Virus record (IMG/VR): IMGVR_UViG_3300045988_104258
Source: a virus
DNA: 60,408 nt
Reading direction: 5' to 3' (one strand)
Shown: in pieces, positions 54,149-60,233 of the stretch
Layout of the letters: the number at the start of each line of letters is the position of its first letter
Position numbering within the stretch: the first letter of the stretch is position 1
Program-made: the position numbers and the translations under genes
Notes under the pieces: model-generated
What the model was told of the DNA's origin: nothing
The model's database searches: none
What the model saw: only the letters and a program-made list of their open reading frames with translations

Positions 54149-54934
54149 TCATGCTCCTTTATAATCCAAATGCCGTTTCATAGCATCATAATCCAGAAAT
54201 TCTTTAATAGGTTCCTGAAATGCTTCTACATAGTAGACTTCCAGTCCATCATCGGTCGTCTGCTTATAATAGTTGAAGTCAATCCAGTAATACTCCCACT
54301 CATTGGCGAGGTATTCTGCGCACCACCCCAGTGTATCCCCTTCTGGCGTGAAGTCCAACCCCGGCAGATAGGAAGTGAAATCATTCATTGACAATTCGCC
54401 GTTTAATGCAAAATACCGATTTGCATTGTAAAAAGCGTCCGTCAATTCGATCTCGGTGGCATGGAAATATCTTTTTGAGATAGGCTCGTAGCAGAGCAGC
54501 TTCTCCTCTTCCATCTTTTCACGGACTTCCGGAAGCTTTTCTTCTTTGATTTGATCGTGAATCTCGGCTTCTTTTTCGATACCAAAATTCTCAATCACTT
54601 TCTGCCGATACTCCTGATACGCCTTTCCAAGTGCCATGTAGCCAGCGGTCAGGCTCGCAATCTGCTTCTTGTTCAGCGCATTGGAACCGAGGATACATGC
54701 GATGGTCCCCGCGCCAAGTGCCGCGGCAGGCAGATAAAACTTCCAGCAGTCCTGTATTTTTTCTTTCATGGTATACACAGGCTCTGCAGAGTTCATCTCA
54801 ATAAGCTTCTCTGCCTTGATACTCGCCTTACCCGTTTCGATGGCAGTCAACACCACTCCCACGGAAGCGCCAATTGCCAAGATTGTCCCGCCATTCTTTT
54901 TCAAGAACCGGGACGCGGATTTCATGAGGTTCAT
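54149..54934 (-). CDS. Membrane-anchored paralogue family member (3 of 3)
   Basis: GGTILAIGASVGVVLTAIETGKASIKA ... LPAAALGAGTIACILGS...KKQIASLTAGYMALGKAYQEYRQKV. Confidence 0.5.
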   Translation of the reverse strand: MNLMKSASRFLKKNGGTILAIGASVGVVLTAIETGKASIKAEKLIEMNSAEPVYTMKEKIQDCWKFYLPAAALGAGTIACILGSNALNKKQIASLTAGYMALGKAYQEYRQKVIENFGIEKEAEIHDQIKEEKLPEVREKMEEEKLLCYEPISKRYFHATEIELTDAFYNANRYFALNGELSMNDFTSYLPGLDFTPEGDTLGWCAEYLANEWEYYWIDFNYYKQTTDDGLEVYYVEAFQEPIKEFLDYDAMKRHLDYKGA

Positions 54935-54964
54935 AGGCTTCTCCCTTCAAATATAAAAGACAAA

Positions 54965-54988
54965 GAGCCGCAGATTTCTCCACGGCCC
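54965..54988 (-). terminator. Conserved hairpin, copy T4
   Basis: Plus strand GAGCCGCAGATTTCTCCACGGCCC. Confidence 0.5.
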
Positions 54989-54999
54989 TGAGCCTGTCA

Positions 55000-55247
55000 T
55001 CAACAATTTCTCATCTTTTCACCAAGGCTGGCGAAACAGTCTGTAAAGATTTCAAATACTTTCTGGTCACGCTTGCGATATTTGCTGTTGATTTTCGCAT
55101 TGATCGCATCTGCGGCCGCATAATTCCCATCCAGAACCATGTCGTTCCAAATATGGGCTATAGCATACGGACCGTAAAACGCATAATTTGATCAATAGCA
55201 CATAATACCGCCGTGCATACCAGAATTACTTTTACCATCTTTTTCAT
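55000..55247 (-). pseudogene. Small membrane-protein gene split by a 1-nt frameshift at a homopolymer
   Basis: MKKMVKVILVCTAVLCAIDQIMRF stops after 29 codons. The -1 frame continues YGPYAIAHIWNDMVLDGNYAAADAINAK... to 55000. One extra T in the coding-strand T4 run (plus-strand A4 at 55176-55179) would restore an 82-aa ORF. Confidence 0.4.
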
Positions 55248-55288
55248 AATTTCATGCCTCCAAAATGTAATTTTGAGATTTCATATCT

Positions 55289-55314
55289 CCATAAGATGGC
55301 ATGAATTTTTCGCG
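55289..55314 (-). promoter_or_regulatory. 26-nt promoter-like motif, copy C
   Basis: Minus strand CGCGAAAAATTCATGCCATCTTATGG, 41 nt upstream of the ATG at 55247. Confidence 0.45.
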
Positions 55315-55539
55315 TCAACAGATTCCTGCCTTCTTCAAAATATCCATGAGGTCGGCCTTCGGCATCTCAGCATCCAGTTCCAGATGAACATTCACCTTCT
55401 GCTCCTTATCAGACCATTCGGCTCGAATATCATCCAGATTGACCGTGATACCATACTTCTGTTTGGCAATCGCCTTGTTGATAGCCGAAGAAATGATTCG
55501 GCGCATAAAACTTGACCGGATAAGCATTAAGTCCTCCAT
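55315..55539 (-). CDS. Hypothetical protein
   Basis: 74-aa ORF. Confidence 0.35.
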   Translation of the reverse strand: MEDLMLIRSSFMRRIISSAINKAIAKQKYGITVNLDDIRAEWSDKEQKVNVHLELDAEMPKADLMDILKKAGIC

Positions 55540-55561
55540 GATGTTCTTCTCCTTTTATGAT

Positions 55562-55747
55562 TTATTCAACTCGCTTATAGTCGTGCAATTCCGGGCACTC
55601 GTCTTCTTCACAGTCCGTCACGGTCCATTCATCGCACCAATCGATGGTTTCTGTATCCTGACAATCTGCAATCTGCATTGCGTCTGCAGGAGTCGCGGCC
55701 TCAACCCAGATAGTGCCAGTTCTAACTACTGTAACTGCATATTTCAT
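55562..55747 (-). CDS. Small acidic Cys-containing protein
   Basis: Start MKYAVTV with SD AAAGGAGAAG. Confidence 0.35.
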   Translation of the reverse strand: MKYAVTVVRTGTIWVEAATPADAMQIADCQDTETIDWCDEWTVTDCEEDECPELHDYKRVE

Positions 55748-55922
55748 TGTTCTTCTCCTTTTAAGATATCGAAGTAAACTTCTATGGCTTTCCGAAACAC
55801 TTCTGATTTCGTTTGATCTGTTCATTCACTAAGATTTGTGAGCATTTCAGCTTCTTCGGCTGTAAGTCGTATTTTGAATGTCACATCCCGTGTAACCTCT
55901 TTGGGCGGTCTGCCTCTCATAG

Positions 55923-56285
55923 CTAAATCAAACTTCTATCAAACACTGTCTCCCAGCGTTCTTTTTTCAGTGGTTTCATTCGTAAGGCCCACATGATTTG
56001 CCGGACTGTGACGGTAGGATAGCAGCCATTCGCATCTTTCTTCTTTGCATGGTGGTCAAAATATTCCTTGAATCCAGCATGCAGATAGATTTTGTCGTTC
56101 AACCATGGGTCAATAGCGCTCCATGTGGTGGATTTCGTTTTCTCGTTAAAACGCTGCTGGATAACGCAAAGGCCTTTTTCATGGTCCAAATATAATGTAC
56201 TGATGCGATAGACCGGATGATTGCATCGGTACGTTTGACCATAGTAGTTTGTCCAATTTTCAGGTGGTAGATTATGGTATCTCAT
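55923..56285 (-). CDS. Hypothetical protein
   Basis: 120-aa ORF. Confidence 0.4.
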   Translation of the reverse strand: MRYHNLPPENWTNYYGQTYRCNHPVYRISTLYLDHEKGLCVIQQRFNEKTKSTTWSAIDPWLNDKIYLHAGFKEYFDHHAKKKDANGCYPTVTVRQIMWALRMKPLKKERWETVFDRSLI

Positions 56286-56295
56286 AAAAGAAAGA

Positions 56296-56321
56296 GAAGC
56301 TGCAGATTTCTCCGCAGCCTC
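56296..56321 (-). terminator. Conserved hairpin, copy T5 (compensatory stem changes)
   Basis: Plus strand GAAGCTGCAGATTTCTCCGCAGCCTC; CCG/CGG is replaced by CTG/CAG while the loop is retained. Confidence 0.5.
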
Positions 56322-56334
56322 TCCTGTCCCTCCT

Positions 56335-56760
56335 TTATACAGACTTTTTTCCGTAATCCTTGTAGATCATCTTGCCGTCCCGATAGCGGTCGTCGAACAC
56401 CTGCACACCGCCTGCCGAACAAATTGCCCAGAACCGGTCATGGTGAATCATCAGAAATGCCCCCAGAGCGGTCGATGCAATACCAGCTACGACTTTCGCC
56501 ACTTCGGTTTTCCAAGCCTTCTCTGCCTTGTCTGCTTCGATTCTGAGTTCATTTGTCTTCATCTGAAGCTCATCCTCTCGTGCATTCTTGTCAGCCAGGT
56601 TTGTTTTCTCCTTAACGCGAATTTCGTAGAACTTTGCAGCGCACTCGTAGGCAGCCTTGTACTCATCGCTTCCCGGTGTCAGATCCTTAATTCGTTCAAG
56701 CTCGTGCTTAATCGTTTCGTCCATCAACTTTTCGTTCTGGACTGCATTCAGTTCTTCCAT
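56335..56760 (-). CDS. Coiled-coil protein with a C-terminal TM segment
   Basis: 141-aa ORF. Confidence 0.4.
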   Translation of the reverse strand: MEELNAVQNEKLMDETIKHELERIKDLTPGSDEYKAAYECAAKFYEIRVKEKTNLADKNAREDELQMKTNELRIEADKAEKAWKTEVAKVVAGIASTALGAFLMIHHDRFWAICSAGGVQVFDDRYRDGKMIYKDYGKKSV

Positions 56761-56799
56761 TTTGATTATCTCCTTTTAAGTCAATATTTGGAGTTTTCT

Positions 56800-56825
56800 C
56801 CATTAAACAGAATGTTTTTCTCGCG
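56800..56825 (-). promoter_or_regulatory. 26-nt promoter-like motif, degenerate copy J
   Basis: Minus strand CGCGAGAAAAACATTCTGTTTAATGG, 39 nt upstream of the start at 56760; overlaps the 3' end of the upstream ORF. Confidence 0.35.
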
Positions 56826-57063
56826 GCTTCAGTTTACTCACCTTGTTCACTTTGAGAATAACATACTGTTTATCGGCAAAGTCTACGGATTCCCCACCCA
56901 AGTTCAAGAACAGACTTGGGTTCTCGTTCTCGTCTGCCTGAGCAACGATAAGGGAGCCAATCGTTTCGGCCTCGTAGTCAATCTTCCACCGAACAGCAGA
57001 ACCAACCACGAAGCCAATGGTCGCACAGATAAGCCCCAGACCAATGATGATGTACATTTTCAA
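56803..57063 (-). CDS. Small membrane protein
   Basis: 86 aa with an N-terminal TM segment. Confidence 0.4.
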   Translation of the reverse strand: MKMYIIIGLGLICATIGFVVGSAVRWKIDYEAETIGSLIVAQADENENPSLFLNLGGESVDFADKQYVILKVNKVSKLKPREKHSV

Positions 57064-57119
57064 ATCTCCTTTGTAATAGAATAATGGATAAACCGGTCGT
57101 ATGCGTGATGAAAATAAAA

Positions 57120-57145
57120 GGAGCCGCAGATTTCTCCACGGCTCC
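57120..57145 (-). terminator. Conserved hairpin, copy T6
   Basis: Plus strand GGAGCCGCAGATTTCTCCACGGCTCC; minus-strand TTTTATTTTC follows. Confidence 0.55.
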
Positions 57146-57153
57146 CTTACGCC

Positions 57154-57387
57154 TTAAATGTCGTTTCTGATCAAGAACAGGTCGTTACGATTGCAAGCAG
57201 GTCTCACAATCCCTTTTGCCCGAATCAACGCGATTGCATTGGCATAAGCCGCGCGTGCACTTTGAGCGTTCTTGTACTCGCCTGTATCAATGTACATGAC
57301 TTTCTGGTTGCTCTCGATGAATACGCGGATCTTGTCCATTGCGTTCACATAGCCTCGATCATAGGTAGTCTTTACTCGTTTGCTCAT
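57154..57387 (-). CDS. Hypothetical protein
   Basis: Start MSKRVKT with SD AAAGGAG. Confidence 0.4.
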   Translation of the reverse strand: MSKRVKTTYDRGYVNAMDKIRVFIESNQKVMYIDTGEYKNAQSARAAYANAIALIRAKGIVRPACNRNDLFLIRNDI

Positions 57388-57423
57388 AATAAATTCTCCT
57401 TTCAATTTTCAGAAGACATCCTT

Positions 57424-57449
57424 CCATAATAGAATACGAAAAGTTCGCG
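57424..57449 (-). promoter_or_regulatory. 26-nt promoter-like motif, copy D
   Basis: Minus strand CGCGAACTTTTCGTATTCTATTATGG, 36 nt upstream of the start at 57387. Confidence 0.45.
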
Positions 57450-57471
57450 TTGGCTAACCTAGAATAAAAAA

Positions 57472-57541
57472 GAAAGAGAACGGGAATCGAACCCGTAACC
57501 TCTGCATTCCAGCAGCGCTCTACCAATTGAGCTATCTCCTT
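57472..57541 (-). tRNA. tRNA-like gene with a defective or short anticodon arm (70 nt; possible pseudo-tRNA)
   Basis: Acceptor AAGGAGA/TCTCTTT (one G-U), D-arm TAGCTCAATTGGTAGAGC, T-arm ACGGGTTCGATTCCCGT. Only 20 nt lie between the D and T stems where 23 are expected. Best pairing is CTGC/GCAG with a 6-nt loop TGGAAT. Confidence 0.45.
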
Positions 57542-57567
57542 CCATAAAAGAAGATGAAAATTTCGCG
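57542..57567 (-). promoter_or_regulatory. 26-nt promoter-like motif, copy E (abuts the tRNA-like 5' end)
   Basis: Minus strand CGCGAAATTTTCATCTTCTTTTATGG. Confidence 0.45.
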
Positions 57568-57594
57568 AACAAAAAGCAGAGGGCGTGTTTTAAT

Positions 57595-57768
57595 TTACTT
57601 ATTGCTCTTTGTCTTGTCAGAATCCAAATTTTCTCTTGCCTTTTGCAGCTTGATGTATGCCACATATGCTTCCATGGTTGTCGCCACCAAGCAAATTGCA
57701 GCACTGCCAGCTTTCATAAAAGGTACAGTCCCTAAAAGTTTCTTTCCAATGACATATCTAGCTTTCAT
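57595..57768 (-). CDS. Small membrane protein
   Basis: Start MKARYVIG with SD GGAGGATG. Confidence 0.35.
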   Translation of the reverse strand: MKARYVIGKKLLGTVPFMKAGSAAICLVATTMEAYVAYIKLQKARENLDSDKTKSNK

Positions 57769-57797
57769 AGTATCATCCTCCAATATGCCCTCTACTT

Positions 57798-57823
57798 CCA
57801 TAAAGGAAAATGAAAATTTCACG
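57798..57823 (-). promoter_or_regulatory. 26-nt promoter-like motif, copy F
   Basis: Minus strand CGTGAAATTTTCATTTTCCTTTATGG, 29 nt upstream of the start at 57768. Confidence 0.45.
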
Positions 57824-57840
57824 AACAGGCAAAAAATAAA

Positions 57841-57864
57841 GAGTCGTAGATTTCTCCACGGCTC
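57841..57864 (-). terminator. Conserved hairpin, copy T7
   Basis: Plus strand GAGTCGTAGATTTCTCCACGGCTC; minus-strand TTTATTTTTT follows. Confidence 0.5.
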
Positions 57865-57872
57865 TCTTTCCA

Positions 57873-58061
57873 CTAGCAAGAAAGTTCTACCCAACAGTGG
57901 TACTGCCCACAAGGTAAAGCGTCATGCGAAGGATGCTTCATCTTATACGGACACGCCTCGCAATTCCTAATATTATCTGGGTCTGCGAGGAATTCTCGTA
58001 TTAGTGCATTATCACTTCCATCACGTTTCCATTGTATATGCTTCCACTTTTCATTAGGCAT
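57873..58061 (-). CDS. Cys-rich small protein
   Basis: 62 aa; CEACPYK...CGQYHC. Confidence 0.4.
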   Translation of the reverse strand: MPNEKWKHIQWKRDGSDNALIREFLADPDNIRNCEACPYKMKHPSHDALPCGQYHCWVELSC

Positions 58062-58073
58062 AACTAATCACCT

Positions 58074-58099
58074 CCATAAAACACCCTGAATTTCTCGCG
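58074..58099 (-). promoter_or_regulatory. 26-nt promoter-like motif, copy G
   Basis: Minus strand CGCGAGAAATTCAGGGTGTTTTATGG, 12 nt upstream of the start at 58061. Confidence 0.45.
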
Positions 58100-58111
58100 T
58101 CCAAAAAGTAA

Positions 58112-58135
58112 GAGTCGTAGATTTCTCCACGGCTC
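58112..58135 (-). terminator. Conserved hairpin, copy T8
   Basis: Plus strand GAGTCGTAGATTTCTCCACGGCTC. Confidence 0.5.
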
Positions 58136-58144
58136 TCGCCTTTC

Positions 58145-58450
58145 TTAGTAAACGAGATAATTCGTATACTGCTTCTTTTCTACTTGCTTGATCACACCTG
58201 CTTTTTTCAGCAGCTCAAAATCACGGATGATCTCGCCCATGCTGAATGCCTCAAATTCGACATTGAAGTCCGTGCGCTTCTTCTTTCCATCTTCGTAGGT
58301 TCTGATCGAATAGACCATCTGGCTAACCAGCCTCGGGTCCATCTTACAGTTCCGACGAACGACTTCCATCATCAGCTCACGTCCTTCATAGTCGTCATCT
58401 CTGACACCCTTCACGATAACGGTCATGTGATTTACTTTGCTATTAAACAT
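58145..58450 (-). CDS. Hypothetical protein
   Basis: Start MFNSKVNHM with SD AAAGGAG. Confidence 0.4.
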   Translation of the reverse strand: MFNSKVNHMTVIVKGVRDDDYEGRELMMEVVRRNCKMDPRLVSQMVYSIRTYEDGKKKRTDFNVEFEAFSMGEIIRDFELLKKAGVIKQVEKKQYTNYLVY

Positions 58451-58489
58451 ATTGTGTTCTCCTTTGTATTTAAACAGTGAATATTCGTT

Positions 58490-58515
58490 CCATAAAGGAA
58501 CCTGCAATTTTCGCG
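58490..58515 (-). promoter_or_regulatory. 26-nt promoter-like motif, copy H
   Basis: Minus strand CGCGAAAATTGCAGGTTCCTTTATGG, 39 nt upstream of the start at 58450. Confidence 0.45.
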
Positions 58516-58516
58516 T

Positions 58517-58939
58517 TCACTGCCGTTCCTTACTCAGGAGCCAGAAGAAATAATGGTAAAACTTATAGTATGTTTTTCTGCAGCATGGGCACCCATTGGC
58601 TCTCAGTGCATCATAGCACACCTCTTCCGTCACACCTCTTAATACGTATGGTGCAATAGCAGGTTCTAGCTTTGCTACACAGCGGTCGATAATATCAATG
58701 TGCATCGAATAGTAGGCTCGTATCATAGCCTGCCGCTCTGTCGAGCTTTCTGGGAGGCTTCCTCTTATAATTCCAGAAACCTCGTGGCTGCTCGATTCCC
58801 ACCCGTTGACTTGTTCTAAAGCCTTTTTCCAGTCCGGGTACTGCAAGCAAAAGTTTTTCAGCTCGTAGTAGCGGTATTTAGTTATGTAGAAGGAGCTTTT
58901 CTTTGAGAGTTCTGGTTTTTCATTCCGCAATTTTTTCAT
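58517..58939 (-). CDS. Putative phage transcription regulator (RinA/ArpU or sigma region-4-like); first early gene
   Basis: 140 aa; YYELKNFCLQYPDWKK ... YVLRGVTEEVCYDAL... pattern; first gene after the integrase; family call is tentative. Confidence 0.35.
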   Translation of the reverse strand: MKKLRNEKPELSKKSSFYITKYRYYELKNFCLQYPDWKKALEQVNGWESSSHEVSGIIRGSLPESSTERQAMIRAYYSMHIDIIDRCVAKLEPAIAPYVLRGVTEEVCYDALRANGCPCCRKTYYKFYHYFFWLLSKERQ

Positions 58940-58987
58940 GGACAGGGATTTCCTTTCTAATTTTGTTCAGAAAGGATAATACTGTCC
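58940..58987 (-). promoter_or_regulatory. Nested inverted repeat covering the SD of the regulator gene
   Basis: GGACAG (58940-58945) / CTGTCC (58982-58987) and CCTTTCT (58952-58958) / AGAAAGG (58969-58975). Confidence 0.4.
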
Positions 58988-59011
58988 AAAATGGTCGTGT
59001 GCGTGCCCCTT

Positions 59012-59040
59012 TTAATATTCTTACTGATGAATTATGCCAA
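59012..59040 (-). promoter_or_regulatory. Sigma-A-type early promoter TTGGCA-17-TATTAA
   Basis: rc of 59035-59040 = TTGGCA, rc of 59012-59017 = TATTAA, 17-nt spacer. Confidence 0.4.
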
Positions 59041-59086
59041 GGCGAAGCAAATCGTTTAACCTAGAATAGAATTTGATTGGCAAAAA

Positions 59087-60049
59087 TCAGATAATTTTGC
59101 TAAGAGGACTATGCTTTCGGTACATTTCAGCAAGGTCATTTTGAGTGATGTCCAGATATGCTTGTTCTGTCACAGTCACGCTACTATGTCCTAATAACCT
59201 ACTAAGTGTGTAAATATCCCCACCACTCATAAGAAAGCGCTTTGCAAAGTTGTTTCGGAAAACATGCGGGTGAATGTCATTTAGCCCTATCCGCTGAGCA
59301 TACTTGCGAACATTGGCCTCGAAATTGCTCACCTGTATTCTCTTACCTTTATTCGTGCAAAAAAGGAAATCGCTATCACGGTAACGGTCTTTATACTTTA
59401 TCCACCGTTGAAGCTGTGTTGCCATCTTATCCGAGAAAAACACATAGCGCGCTTTCTTGCCCTTTGTGTTGTCTGCTGGTAGGCTAATGCACCGCTTCAC
59501 CATATCTAAATCTGTCACTTCAATCAGCAAGCACTCATTTACTCTCATGCCTGTATCGAGTAGAAGCTGAATGATGATGGAATCGCGGTATTCGCTAAAG
59601 CTCGCACTATTCATGCTCTTCAGTAGTCGCTTGAAATCTTCATCCGAAACGAACTCCAATGGCTTTCGTTCTACTTTAACAAAGTCGCCTTTCTTCACAG
59701 GTGAACGGAGAATCAGTTCCTCTTCCACGCACCAATTGAAGAAAACTCGCAGGTTCCGCAGATAGTTGTTGATCGTTACGTCCGACACTCGCTTTCCAAA
59801 ATCAACTCTCCGATCCGGATAGTTTCCGCTGTTCGGATTCGTAGTAACTGTATACTTTCCGCGTTCCTTAATGCTCTTTATGTAGCCCTGTATCGCAAGA
59901 TGGGTGATTTTCTCAGTCAGTAAAATCCCCTGCTCGTCTATATACTGCATGAAGAGCCTAAGTGTCTGTTCGTAGCTGTTGATGGTTTTCGTGCTCAGCC
60001 CTTTCAATCCACAGTGCTCAATGAACATTTCAATATCTCTTGCCAACAT
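59087..60049 (-). CDS. int: Tyrosine recombinase / integrase
   Basis: HPHVFRNNFAKRF...LLGHSSVTVTEQAYL (R-H-R-Y catalytic region); start MLARDIE with SD AGGAGG. Confidence 0.85.
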   Translation of the reverse strand: MLARDIEMFIEHCGLKGLSTKTINSYEQTLRLFMQYIDEQGILLTEKITHLAIQGYIKSIKERGKYTVTTNPNSGNYPDRRVDFGKRVSDVTINNYLRNLRVFFNWCVEEELILRSPVKKGDFVKVERKPLEFVSDEDFKRLLKSMNSASFSEYRDSIIIQLLLDTGMRVNECLLIEVTDLDMVKRCISLPADNTKGKKARYVFFSDKMATQLQRWIKYKDRYRDSDFLFCTNKGKRIQVSNFEANVRKYAQRIGLNDIHPHVFRNNFAKRFLMSGGDIYTLSRLLGHSSVTVTEQAYLDITQNDLAEMYRKHSPLSKII

Positions 60050-60101
60050 AAAAGAAAACCTCCTGTACACATCGGGCACTACACCCAATAAATACAGGAG
60101 A

Positions 60102-60169
60102 TTTATCGCCATTCGTTTGACTTATTTATCGCTATGAGAGCATAATTCTACATTTTTTATAGCGATAAA
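60102..60169. repeat. Three copies of TTTATCGC(C/T)AT (two direct, one inverted) upstream of int
   Basis: 60102-60112, 60125-60135 and the inverted copy ATAGCGATAAA at 60159-60169; the last two form an 11-bp perfect inverted repeat with a 23-nt spacer. Confidence 0.6.
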
Positions 60170-60233
60170 CAAAAGTCACGATTCCAAAGATTCCAATTTA
60201 TGCCTTTAAATATCACCTATATACGTCGTATAC

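Noticed and set aside
55236-55247. Slippery A AAA AAG at codons 2-3 of the split small gene as a programmed frameshift site
   Set aside because: The -1 frame entered there hits a TGA before reaching the downstream coding segment. A simple homopolymer indel at 55176..55179 explains the split better.
57455-57470. 12-nt repeat TAACCTAGAATA (also near 59057..59068) as an att-related or regulatory repeat
   Set aside because: About a hundred chance 12-mer coincidences are expected among all position pairs in 60 kb, and the two copies share no extended context.
52441-58135. The conserved hairpin copies as a CRISPR array
   Set aside because: The repeats are separated by whole genes of very different lengths (0.25-1.3 kb), each follows a stop codon and precedes a U-run, and there are no cas genes. 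They are terminator-like elements, not CRISPR repeats.
60117-60146. Plus-strand TTGACT-18-CATAAT promoter-like sequence upstream of int
   Set aside because: It would fire antisense into the spo0A-like ORF with no plus-strand gene downstream. It overlaps the TTTATCGCYAT repeats, which explain the sequence conservation better.
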